64,000 nt of DNA from Candidatus Latescibacterota bacterium (GTDB lineage Bacteria > Latescibacterota > UBA2968 > GCA-2709665): positions 2,816,001 through 2,880,000 of the forward strand of contig OZ244937.1 of assembly GCA_965222075.1 (NCBI GenBank). Direction: 5' to 3'. Below, one piece after another: positions 33,665-43,233 of the stretch. The translations under genes and the position numbers were made by a program. Every line of letters starts with the position of its first letter. The first letter of the stretch is position 1. The notes beneath the pieces were generated by a model that saw only the letters and a program-made list of their open reading frames with translations, did not search any database and was not told the origin of the DNA.

Positions 33665-35056
33665 ATGAAAACCTGGAACCTCATAGAAACCGATGAACCC
33701 AACCTGCTCGATGAGCAGTTTGACTACGACTTGCCCCCCAGAATCCTCTTTGACGGTCCCATTTACGAAGCGATCGACGGGCAGACCGTTAAGTTTGACC
33801 CTCAGGAGGCCATCTCCCGCGACCTGGTCATCACCGACACCACCTTCCGCGACGGCCAGCAGGCCCGGCCGCCCTATACCGTGGAGCAGCAGGTCACCCT
33901 CTACAATATGATGGCCAGACTCGGAGGGCCCAACGGCATCATCCGCCAGACCGAGTTCTTCCTCTACACCAGGAACGACCGCAGGACCTTGGACGAGTGC
34001 CGGGCCCTGGGGCATCGCTACCCCGAGATCACCTCCTGGATCCGCGCGGACAAGGGCGACTTCCGCCTGGTCAAAGAGGTGGGCGTCAAAGAGACCGGTA
34101 TGCTCACCTCCTCCTCCGACTACCACATCTTCATGAAACTCAAAAAAACCCGCAAACAGGCCTTCGAGGACTACCTGGAAGTGGTCGACGCCGCCTGGGA
34201 GGCCGGCATCCGTCCCCGCTGCCACCTTGAAGACGTGACCCGGGCGGACATCGAGGGGTTCGTCCTCCCCTTCGTCTCGGAACTCATGCGCCGCTCCGAA
34301 CAGGTCCCCCCGGAGCTGCACGCCAAAATCCGGCTCTGCGACACCATGGGGTTCGGCATCAGCTATCCCGGCGCCGCCCTGCCCCGTTCGGTTCCCAAGC
34401 TGATCTACCGCATGACAAACGACGCCGGGGTACCCTACGACTGCTTAGAGTGGCACGGGCACAACGACTTCCACAAAGTGCACGCCAACGGGGCCACCGC
34501 CTGGCTGTGCGGCTGCAACGCTGTGAACACCACCCTCTTCGGCTTCGGCGAGCGCACGGGCAATCCCCCCCTGGAAGGCGCGGTGATGGAATATATCGGC
34601 CTGAAGGGAGACCTCTGCGGCATCAACACCCGGATGATCCAGGAAATGGCCGAGTATATGCGCTCCATCGGCGTGCAGATCCCGCCCAACTATCCCTTTG
34701 TCGGGCGGGACTTCAACACCACGCGCGCCGGCATCCACGCGGGCGGACTGCGGTCCGACGAGCGGATCTACAATATCTTCGACACCACGACCCTCTTTGG
34801 ACGTCCCCCGAGGGTGGCCATCACCGACAAGACCGGTGTGGACGGGGTGGCCTTCTGGGTCAACGAATACTTAGGCCTCGAAGGCAAAGAGCGGCTCAGC
34901 AAGATCAAGGTCCACAAAATCGCGCGCTGGGTGATGGACCAGTACGAAGTACACGGCCGGATGAGCGCGATTACCGACGAAGAGCTGGAAGAACAGGTCC
35001 AGACCCACCTCTCCGAACACTACGCCCGCTGCAAGGGAGCGCCTGTGGCTGGCTGA
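33665..35056 (+). CDS. DRE-TIM metallolyase, Re-citrate synthase/LeuA-like
   Basis: TDTTFRDGQQ, LCDTMG, WHGHND, GERTGN. Confidence 0.82.
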   Translation: MKTWNLIETDEPNLLDEQFDYDLPPRILFDGPIYEAIDGQTVKFDPQEAISRDLVITDTTFRDGQQARPPYTVEQQVTLYNMMARLGGPNGIIRQTEFFLYTRNDRRTLDECRALGHRYPEITSWIRADKGDFRLVKEVGVKETGMLTSSSDYHIFMKLKKTRKQAFEDYLEVVDAAWEAGIRPRCHLEDVTRADIEGFVLPFVSELMRRSEQVPPELHAKIRLCDTMGFGISYPGAALPRSVPKLIYRMTNDAGVPYDCLEWHGHNDFHKVHANGATAWLCGCNAVNTTLFGFGERTGNPPLEGAVMEYIGLKGDLCGINTRMIQEMAEYMRSIGVQIPPNYPFVGRDFNTTRAGIHAGGLRSDERIYNIFDTTTLFGRPPRVAITDKTGVDGVAFWVNEYLGLEGKERLSKIKVHKIARWVMDQYEVHGRMSAITDEELEEQVQTHLSEHYARCKGAPVAG

Positions 35057-35122
35057 TCGGATGTGGAGAAAACAACAGAAAGAGCCGCATCGAAGCACGT
35101 GCGGCTCTCTGTCCGTATAAAA

Positions 35123-36097
35123 ATGACACTGATCGATCAATTCATCGCACGGGCGAAACAATCGCCCGGACGGGTGGTGCTCCCCGAAGGGGAAGACGAA
35201 CGGGTGGTCCACGCGGCCGCCCGTCTGGCCGCCGAAGGCATCGCCCTTCCCATCCTCTTGGGAAAAAGAGAGACGGTGCTGGGCCTGGCGGAGGGCCGTG
35301 CCCTGGAGGGGGTCACAATCGTCGATCCCGGGACATCTCCGGAATCGCCCCGGTACTGCGAGACCTATGCCGGGCGCAGGGCGAGCGTCACGCCCGGCAT
35401 TGCGGCACGGCTGATGAGGCGCCCGCTCCTTTTCGGAGCGATGATGGTCAGTGAAGGCGATGCGGATGCCCTGGTCGCCGGCGTATCCAAACCCACGGCC
35501 CAGGTCATCTCGGCCGGGGCGCTGGCCATCGGCTATGCCGAGGGTGTCACCCGGTTCTCCAGCCTTTTCATCATGGCCCTTCCCGGTCCGCCCGAACGGG
35601 TACTCGTCTACGCCGACGCCGCCGTAGCGGTCGATCCCTCCCCTGCGGAACTGGCAGAAATCGCCGTAGTCACGGCGCGCAACGCGCAAATCCTGCTGGG
35701 CATCGAACCGAAGGTCGCGATGCTCTCCTTTTCCACCCACGGCAGCGCGGACCACAAACGGGTCAAAAAGGTCCGCGAAGCCGTTTGCCTCGCCCGGGAA
35801 ACGGCGCCGGATGTCCTCATCGACGGCGAACTGCAGGTCGACGCCGCGCTCTGCCCCCGCGTGGCCGAACTCAAGTGCCCTGCCTCTCCCCTGAAAGGAG
35901 AGGCCAACATCCTCATCTTCCCCGACCTCGATTCGGCCAACATCGCCTACAAACTCACCCAGTACCTGGCGGGCGCCCAGGCCATCGGACCGATCCTGCA
36001 GGGCTTTCAAAAGCCCATCAACGACCTCTCCCGGGGCGCCTCGGTAGACGACATCGTCGCCGTCTCCGCCATCGCCGCGCTCCAGGCCGCCAGGTAG
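35123..36097 (+). CDS. pta: Phosphate acetyltransferase
   Basis: VLPEGEDERV, AMLSFST, DGELQVDAA, NDLSRG. Confidence 0.9.
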   Translation: MTLIDQFIARAKQSPGRVVLPEGEDERVVHAAARLAAEGIALPILLGKRETVLGLAEGRALEGVTIVDPGTSPESPRYCETYAGRRASVTPGIAARLMRRPLLFGAMMVSEGDADALVAGVSKPTAQVISAGALAIGYAEGVTRFSSLFIMALPGPPERVLVYADAAVAVDPSPAELAEIAVVTARNAQILLGIEPKVAMLSFSTHGSADHKRVKKVREAVCLARETAPDVLIDGELQVDAALCPRVAELKCPASPLKGEANILIFPDLDSANIAYKLTQYLAGAQAIGPILQGFQKPINDLSRGASVDDIVAVSAIAALQAAR

Positions 36098-36260
36098 GGT
36101 CGCCCTCGTCCCTAATGTTACAACCATCGGGGGCTTATCGGGCACGTTCTCTGGTATCTCTACAAGTCTCCCTAAACCACTGGTCTCCGACCGCCAAATG
36201 TGGTATATTGGACCGTTCAAACCGACCGGCCCAGTTCACCCCAAATCGACCGGGGGGCCT

Positions 36261-37232
36261 ATGGCCACGGTGGGGTTCATCACCCATCCCGACTACTTGG
36301 AACACGACACCGGCCCCAGGCATCCGGAGCGGCCCGACAGGCTCCGGGCCATCCTGCAGCGGCTGGAAGAGACGGGCCTTCAGAAGGAACTCCTGGCCAT
36401 ACCGCCCCGGGCCGCCGAGGTCGCCTGGCTGGAAAAGGTCCACACGAAAGAACACGTGGCCAATGTAAAATTCCGGTGCGAGCAGAACCTCCCCCACATG
36501 GGCGACGGCGAGACCATGGTCTCTTCCCGCTCCTTCAAAATCGCCCGCTTAGCCGTGGGGGCTACCTTCGATGCGGTAGACGCCGTCGTAGACGGGCGCG
36601 CCGGCGCCGTGTTTTGCGCCGTCAGGCCGCCAGGGCACCACGCCGAGCGCGACCGTGCGATGGGATTCTGTCTCTTCAACAGCGTCGTGATCGCCGCCCG
36701 CTACATCCAGGAGACCTGCAACCTGGAACGGGTAGCCATCATCGACTGGGACGTCCACCACGGAAACGGCACCCAGCACATCCTGGAAGGTGACCCCACC
36801 GTCTTCTACTTCAGCGCGCACCAGTACCCCCACTACCCCGGTACAGGAAGCATCCACGAAGTCGGCATCGGGCCGGGAATGGGCGCCACCCTTAACGCCC
36901 CTATGCAGGCGGGCGCCGGAGACGAGGAGTATCTGAAAGCCTTTGACGAGCGCTGCCTGCCTGCTATGGACTGGTTCTGCCCGGAATTCGTCATCATCTC
37001 CGCAGGCTTCGACGCCCACAGGGATGACCCCCTCTCCGCCACCCGCGTCACCGAAGCCGGCTTTTCCGAAATGACCCGACGCGCCATGGCCATCGCCCAG
37101 ACCCATGCCGGGGGTCGCCTCATCTCCGTCCTGGAAGGCGGCTATGACTTAAACGGCCTTTCGTGCAGCGTAGAGGCCCACCTTCGCACCCTGATGGAGG
37201 GCTGTCCCCTCCCTCTTCTCCCACGCTTATAG
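36261..37232 (+). CDS. Histone deacetylase family protein
   Basis: HPERPDR, RPPGHH, DWDVHHGNGT, SAGFDAH, LEGGY. Confidence 0.93.
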   Translation: MATVGFITHPDYLEHDTGPRHPERPDRLRAILQRLEETGLQKELLAIPPRAAEVAWLEKVHTKEHVANVKFRCEQNLPHMGDGETMVSSRSFKIARLAVGATFDAVDAVVDGRAGAVFCAVRPPGHHAERDRAMGFCLFNSVVIAARYIQETCNLERVAIIDWDVHHGNGTQHILEGDPTVFYFSAHQYPHYPGTGSIHEVGIGPGMGATLNAPMQAGAGDEEYLKAFDERCLPAMDWFCPEFVIISAGFDAHRDDPLSATRVTEAGFSEMTRRAMAIAQTHAGGRLISVLEGGYDLNGLSCSVEAHLRTLMEGCPLPLLPRL

Positions 37233-37240
37233 GAGATTCA

Positions 37241-38116
37241 GTGAGCCCATCCAACCCCAGCGTCGCATTCCAGGGAGAACTGGGTGCCTTCAGTGAGATG
37301 GCCGCCCGGACCTACTTCCACGAAGGGGTAACCGTAGTTCCCCTGCCGAGTTTCCCGGAACTCTTCCAGGCTACAGAAAACAAAACCTGTACCCACTGCA
37401 TCGTCCCCATCGAAAACTCCCTGATGGGAAGCATCCACGAAAACTACGACCTGCTCTTAAAACACAACCTTCAAATTGTAGGCGAACTCAAGCTCCGAAT
37501 CGTCCACAACCTGATCGTCAACCCCGGCACCCGTCTGGAAGACATCCGCCACATCTTCTCCCAACCGCCGGCCCTGGCCCAGTGCAGCGAATTTATCCGA
37601 TCTCTGGGGCATGCGGAAGCCGTGGTCGACTACGACACGGCCGGCGCTGTCAAGCGCGTCAAAGAAACCGGCGCGAGGGACGCCGCAGCTATTGCCAGTG
37701 CCCAGGCCGCGGTCGATTACGACCTGAAAATCCTCCGGAAAGGCATTGAAAACAACCACCAGAACTTCACCCGCTTTCTGGTGGTCGCCCAGCAAGCTGT
37801 CGAAGTCAACCCCGAAGACCCGGCCAAAACCTCCATCGTCTTTGCCATGAAAAACGTGCCGGGTGCCCTCTTCAAAAGCCTCGGCGTCTTTGCGCTCCGG
37901 GACATCGACCTGCTCAAAATCGAATCCCGTCCCCTCGACGGAAGGCCCTGGGAATACACCTTCTACCTCGACTTCGAAGGGCACCTCGGGCAGGATCGGT
38001 GCGCTCAGGCCGTTGAACACCTCGAACAGCTCGCAAGCTTCTTGAAAATCCTTGGCTCCTACAAACAGGGAGAAACCGTAGAAGGCAAAGCCAGAAAAAA
38101 GAGGACGAACCCATGA
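37241..38116 (+). CDS. pheA: Prephenate dehydratase
   Basis: AFQGELGAFS, PIENS, NFTRF, KIESRP (ACT domain). Confidence 0.92.
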   Translation: MSPSNPSVAFQGELGAFSEMAARTYFHEGVTVVPLPSFPELFQATENKTCTHCIVPIENSLMGSIHENYDLLLKHNLQIVGELKLRIVHNLIVNPGTRLEDIRHIFSQPPALAQCSEFIRSLGHAEAVVDYDTAGAVKRVKETGARDAAAIASAQAAVDYDLKILRKGIENNHQNFTRFLVVAQQAVEVNPEDPAKTSIVFAMKNVPGALFKSLGVFALRDIDLLKIESRPLDGRPWEYTFYLDFEGHLGQDRCAQAVEHLEQLASFLKILGSYKQGETVEGKARKKRTNP

Positions 38117-39300
38117 AATTTGCGGACCGCATGTCGCTCCTCGGAACCGAGTCAGCCTTTGAAGTCCTGGTCAAGGCCCGTGCCCTGGAGGCCAGGGGCA
38201 GAGACATCGTACACCTTGAAATCGGCGAACCCGACTTCGACACCCCTCCCCACATCGTCGAAGCGGGCCAGAAAGCCCTCGACGAGGGGTATACCCACTA
38301 CGGCCCCTCCGCCGGCCTGCCCGAACTCCGGGAAGCGATTGCCCAAGACGTCTCCAGGTTGCGGGGCATCTCTGCCACCCCCGACCAAGTCGTCGTCACC
38401 CCCGGAGCCAAACCCATCATATTCTACACCATCCTGACCCTCGCCCAGGGCGGCGACGAAGTCATCTACCCCAACCCCGGATTCCCCATCTACGAATCGG
38501 TCATTAAATTCGCAGGCGCCAAACCGGTCCCGATTCCCCTCAGGGAGGAACGGGACTTCAGCCTCGACGTAGACGAACTGGCCGACCTCGTCACCAGCCG
38601 CACGCGCCTGATCATCATCAACTCCCCCCAGAACCCGACCGGCGGCATCCTCCCTCAGGAGGACCTGAAAGCTATCGCCGGGATCTCCGCCGCACACGGG
38701 GTCCCGGTCCTCGCCGACGAAATCTATTCCCGCATCCTCTATGACGACGATTTCCACAACATCTCCGTCTACGACGGCATGGAAGACCTCACCATCATCC
38801 TGGACGGCTTCTCCAAAACCTATGCCATGACCGGCTGGCGCATCGGCTACGGTGTCATGCCCACCGACCTGGCCGAGCACACCACCCGATTGATGACCAA
38901 CAGCAACTCCTGCACCGCCTCCTTCACCCAGCGCGCCGCCCTCGCTGCCCTGCAAGGCCCCCGCGACGCAGTGACCCAAATGGTCGCCGAATTCAAACGG
39001 CGGCGGGATATCTTCGTAGAGGGCCTCAACGCGATTCCCGGCATCCGCTGCGCCCTGCCCAGGGGCGCCTTCTACCTCTTTCCCAACATCGCTGGCCTGG
39101 GCCGCCCCTCCAAAGAGGTCGCCGAGGTCCTGCTCAACAGGGGGAATGTTGCCGCCCTGGCCGGTCCCGACTTTGGCGAATACGGCGAGGGCTACCTCCG
39201 CTTCTCCTACGCCAACTCGATCGAAAATATCCGGAAGGCCCTCGACCGCATCGCCGATGTTGCCGCAACGCTTCTTGCTGTGCCACCCCCTATTGTCTAA
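38113..39300 (+). CDS. PLP-dependent aminotransferase class I/II
   Basis: IGEPDFDTP, NSPQNPTG, DEIY, SKTYAMTGWRIG. Confidence 0.93.
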   Translation: MKFADRMSLLGTESAFEVLVKARALEARGRDIVHLEIGEPDFDTPPHIVEAGQKALDEGYTHYGPSAGLPELREAIAQDVSRLRGISATPDQVVVTPGAKPIIFYTILTLAQGGDEVIYPNPGFPIYESVIKFAGAKPVPIPLREERDFSLDVDELADLVTSRTRLIIINSPQNPTGGILPQEDLKAIAGISAAHGVPVLADEIYSRILYDDDFHNISVYDGMEDLTIILDGFSKTYAMTGWRIGYGVMPTDLAEHTTRLMTNSNSCTASFTQRAALAALQGPRDAVTQMVAEFKRRRDIFVEGLNAIPGIRCALPRGAFYLFPNIAGLGRPSKEVAEVLLNRGNVAALAGPDFGEYGEGYLRFSYANSIENIRKALDRIADVAATLLAVPPPIV

Positions 39301-39313
39301 AGGAGTAAAACAG

Positions 39314-40312
39314 ATGATCAAACTCGGTGTTATTGGATGTGCCGGCATCGCAACACATCAACTGAACTCCGTCTGGAAGGACAACCTGTTCAAACTCGTA
39401 GCGGGCGCGGATGTCCGTCCCGGCCAGATCGACCTGTTCGGGGAGAAGTTCGGGATGGCGCACGGCTACGAGGATTACCGCTGGCTATTGAGTGAGGCGG
39501 ATGTCGAGGCGGTGATGGTATGCACGCCCACCTATCTCCATGCCGAAATCGTCATTGCCGCAGCACAGGCAGGCAAGCAGGTCTTCTGCCAGAAACCAAT
39601 GGCGATGAACTCGCACGACTGCTACAGGATGATAAAGGCCTGCCGCGAGTGCGGCGTCAAGCTCCAGATCGGATTTGTTCGACGGTTCGACAACGATTGG
39701 GGGACGATGAAAGGGCTGATCGATTCGGGTGTGCTGGGGCACCCGGTCCTGTGGCGCACGATCTCAGGAGGACCTCCTCCGGGAAGCCCGTTTTTTATGG
39801 ACAGATTCGAGGGAGGCGGGCCGTTGATAGACGGGATGGTCCACAACTACGACTTCGCTTCCACCTGTTTTGGCCAACCGGTGGAGGTAAAATCGATGCC
39901 GATGAAAATCCACCATACCACCACCGCGCTGGATACCGGCACCGTCCTGGTACGGTTCGAGCGCGGAGACGCCTTGATGTGTTCCTGGTCCTGGGGGCTA
40001 CCGGCGGGGGTTCGCTCAAACGGCTGCGCGGAAATCCTGGGTCCCAACGGTGTCCTCTTCTTTCCCGGAAGCTACGACCCGGCAAAGGCCGAGGGCAAAT
40101 ACGACCCGGCCGCGCAGGGCGCATACCTCCTGGAACGGGCCGACGGGCAGAGCGAGGTGATCACCTTCGAGAAAAAGGACATGTTCCGGGAAGAAATGCG
40201 GCATTTTGCCGACTGGGTTCAAAACGACACCGAACCGCAGGTAACTGGCGATGACGGCCTTCGGGCCACGCGCATAGCGGAACTGGCGCTCAACGGCGGA
40301 GGATTGTGCTGA
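39314..40312 (+). CDS. Gfo/Idh/MocA oxidoreductase
   Basis: GVIGCAGI, VFCQKPMA, GFVRRF. Confidence 0.9.
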   Translation: MIKLGVIGCAGIATHQLNSVWKDNLFKLVAGADVRPGQIDLFGEKFGMAHGYEDYRWLLSEADVEAVMVCTPTYLHAEIVIAAAQAGKQVFCQKPMAMNSHDCYRMIKACRECGVKLQIGFVRRFDNDWGTMKGLIDSGVLGHPVLWRTISGGPPPGSPFFMDRFEGGGPLIDGMVHNYDFASTCFGQPVEVKSMPMKIHHTTTALDTGTVLVRFERGDALMCSWSWGLPAGVRSNGCAEILGPNGVLFFPGSYDPAKAEGKYDPAAQGAYLLERADGQSEVITFEKKDMFREEMRHFADWVQNDTEPQVTGDDGLRATRIAELALNGGGLC

Positions 40313-40404
40313 AGCAAGACCGCTCAACGCCCCAAGCCTGGATCAAGCACCGTAAGAAGATGTCTTAAAATTCCTGGTGAGTTCCCGAGATTGGAGGCTG
40401 ACCG

Positions 40405-41292
40405 ATGCAACGCAGAGAAGTCCGCTGGGAGCGTATGTTTCCCGATGAACTCGAAGCCGCTTTTGACGAATACCCCATCGCCTACCTGCCGTATGGCCTG
40501 TGCGAACCTCACGGACCGCAGAACACGCTCGGCATGGATGCGCTGAGGGCGCACAGCGTCCTCTGCCTGACCGCACGGACGGTTGGAGGCATCGTCGCGC
40601 CGCCCGAGTACTGGCATTGCCACGAGGCTGGCATCTACGGCTCCTGGGCCTACAAGAAAATCGGCGAAGCGCGCTCGTGGCTCACCGCGGTCCCCCCGTG
40701 GATCTTCTTGAAAAACCTCTGTTACCACGTCCGCGCCGTAGATGCCCTCGGCTTCCAGGGGACCATTCTCTTTTCGGGCCATTCCGGACCGCACCACAAG
40801 GACGTTCCAGTCGTCCTGAACATCCTCCAATCGCATGTCTCCACGCGCATCTACTCCCTGATAGGGATCGGAACGGATCAATCCCGGTTCAAAGACGACA
40901 AAGGGATGGGCGGCCATGCCGGCAGAGGCGAAACAACACTGCTCTGGGCCGTTGAGCCGGACTGTGTGGATCTCTCTCGTCTCCCCGCACCGGACGAGCC
41001 CGGCCCCCATTTTGCCATGGGGGATTATGTCGAATCGTCCGACCGCAGAGCAGGAGAGCAGATGGTGGCGGACATCGTCGACCACCTCGCCGCCAAAGCC
41101 GGGGAACTCCTTGCGGAATACGCCAGCTTAAAGCCCCATCACATCCCCCTCACCTTCGAACGGATCGAAGCGATCTGGGAACAGGAAATCCGCCCCCGGT
41201 TGAAAGACTTCGCATCGATGCAGGACGGATCTGAGGCACCGCCTGAAGACTCCCGCTGGCACGATAACTGGCACATACCCGACCGCGGGTAG
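40405..41292 (+). CDS. Creatininase family protein
   Basis: EPHG...D, SGH, GHAGRGET. Confidence 0.82.
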   Translation: MQRREVRWERMFPDELEAAFDEYPIAYLPYGLCEPHGPQNTLGMDALRAHSVLCLTARTVGGIVAPPEYWHCHEAGIYGSWAYKKIGEARSWLTAVPPWIFLKNLCYHVRAVDALGFQGTILFSGHSGPHHKDVPVVLNILQSHVSTRIYSLIGIGTDQSRFKDDKGMGGHAGRGETTLLWAVEPDCVDLSRLPAPDEPGPHFAMGDYVESSDRRAGEQMVADIVDHLAAKAGELLAEYASLKPHHIPLTFERIEAIWEQEIRPRLKDFASMQDGSEAPPEDSRWHDNWHIPDRG

Positions 41293-41562
41293 GTGGACAT
41301 CTGGCACCAGAACATCCTGTGAGTCACCCACAGTCCAGGTTCTTATCGACTCATCCGAATCCCGGCAAAGAATCCGGGCCATACAAAGTACTCGCTACCG
41401 GCACTGCGTTCGTAGGTCTCCGTGGTACGGGCAAGCGTCTTGATGAAAGCTTAACGTCCACGCAGCCTGGCGTCCGGTTTTCGGTTGCAGCAGCCTGTTT
41501 TTTAGTTATCTTTATCCACACGCTCAGGTCGGTTCGCCCATTCACCCATTCGCCCATTCACA

Positions 41563-42360
41563 ATGACCCCCACCGCTCACCTATACTGGGACATCAACCC
41601 CGAACTGTTCAGCCTCGGTCCGCTCACCGTGCGCTGGTACGGCCTGTTCTTCGTCATCACTTTCTTCTTCGGTTTCCTCATTGTCCAGTGGATTTTTCAG
41701 AAGGAAAACCGACCCGAGCACGATTTGAACGCCCTGGTCAATACCATGGTCGCCGGCACCGTCGTCGGTGCGCGTCTGGGGCACTGCCTCTTCTACGACC
41801 CCTCCTATTACCTCGGCCATCCCCTCGAAATCCTCAAAGTCTGGAGGGGCGGTCTGTCCAGCCACGGCGGCGCAATCGGCATCTTTGTCGCGCTCTACCT
41901 CTACACCCGCAGCCGTCCGGACCAGCCCTACCTCTGGATACTGGACCGGATCGCGATTCCCACGGCCCTGGGCGGGTTCTTCATCCGCCTTGGCAACTTC
42001 TTCAACTCCGAAATCATCGGCACCCCCACCGACCTTCCCTGGGCCTTTATCTTCGCCCGCGTCGACGTCCTGCCCAGGCACCCCACGCAGCTGTATGAGT
42101 CCATCGCCTACGGCCTCATCTTCATCCTGCTGCTCGCCGTCTACCGAAAACGATACGCCCGGACACCTCAGGGCCTGGTGCTGGGCCTCTTCCTGGTCAC
42201 CGTGTTCACCTTCCGCTTCTTCATCGAATACGTCAAAGTCCGCCAGGCCGCCTACGGCTATGAGCTGCCGCTCAGTGTGGGCCAATGGCTCAGCATCCCG
42301 ATGGTCGCCATCGGAGCCGTATTGCTTATTCGGACGTTGAACAGGAAACAGGTGAGATAG
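41563..42360 (+). CDS. lgt: Prolipoprotein diacylglyceryl transferase
   Basis: RWYG, GARLGH, GGLSSHGG, RLGNFFNSE, HPTQLYE. Confidence 0.96.
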   Translation: MTPTAHLYWDINPELFSLGPLTVRWYGLFFVITFFFGFLIVQWIFQKENRPEHDLNALVNTMVAGTVVGARLGHCLFYDPSYYLGHPLEILKVWRGGLSSHGGAIGIFVALYLYTRSRPDQPYLWILDRIAIPTALGGFFIRLGNFFNSEIIGTPTDLPWAFIFARVDVLPRHPTQLYESIAYGLIFILLLAVYRKRYARTPQGLVLGLFLVTVFTFRFFIEYVKVRQAAYGYELPLSVGQWLSIPMVAIGAVLLIRTLNRKQVR

Positions 42361-42407
42361 TTGCTACAACAAAGTTCTATTACCCAGTTAAAGAAAGGAT
42401 CGAAAAG

Positions 42408-43163
42408 ATGAGCCTGTATGCTGACGTTGCCAGGACCCTGCAGGAATCCCTGAACCTTGCACTTCCCCCCATCGCCGTATGCATCACCGACAGCGTGCCC
42501 GAAGGCGTCCCAACCTTCCAGGGGCAGGCCCCGGCGGGCTGCCTGTTCTGGCAGGAAGCCGCCGGAGGCGCCTTCGCCACCTCGACCCCGGACCACGAAC
42601 TGTGCGCCATCGGCGTTCACACCCACCACATGGCAGCGCCCGCATCCTCGTACGAATCCGAACTTGGCCGGGTGCTCAAGGTGATGGCCGACATGGAATA
42701 CGTGCGCGAAGAGGACGTTCCGAACATCCCCGTGCTCGCACACGAGACAAAGCACGTGGTCTACGCCCCTCTGGCCGAAACGTCCCTGCCGCCTGACGTG
42801 GTCATACTGTTCGTGCATTCACAGCAGGGGCTGGTCATCACCGAAGCCGTGCAGCAGGTAGAACCGGCTGTTCCCCTTGCTATGGGCCGTCCCGCATGCG
42901 CCGTGATCCCGCAGGCGATCAACACCGGCCAGGCCGCCCTGAGCCTGGGCTGCTGCGGCGCCCGGGCCTACCTCGATGCGCTTTCAGACGACATCGCGCT
43001 CTGGGCCCTTCCCGGCAGCAAGGTCGGGCGCTACGCCGAGCGGATTGCCGCCCTGGCCAGGGCCAACAACGTTCTGGGCGAGTTCCACACACTGCGTCGG
43101 AAAGATGTGGAGGCAGGCCTCAGACCCACGGTTGTCGAATCGCTCTCGCGGCTTGAAAGCTGA
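42408..43163 (+). CDS. DUF169 family protein
   Basis: GCLFW, CAIG, PDVVILF, SLGCCGAR. Confidence 0.75.
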   Translation: MSLYADVARTLQESLNLALPPIAVCITDSVPEGVPTFQGQAPAGCLFWQEAAGGAFATSTPDHELCAIGVHTHHMAAPASSYESELGRVLKVMADMEYVREEDVPNIPVLAHETKHVVYAPLAETSLPPDVVILFVHSQQGLVITEAVQQVEPAVPLAMGRPACAVIPQAINTGQAALSLGCCGARAYLDALSDDIALWALPGSKVGRYAERIAALARANNVLGEFHTLRRKDVEAGLRPTVVESLSRLES

Positions 43164-43233
43164 GCCTCAGGGAGAACATTGTGTCGTCTGCACCTGGTTT
43201 CAACTCCAGGGATGGATCGCAAGGGAAAGTGAC

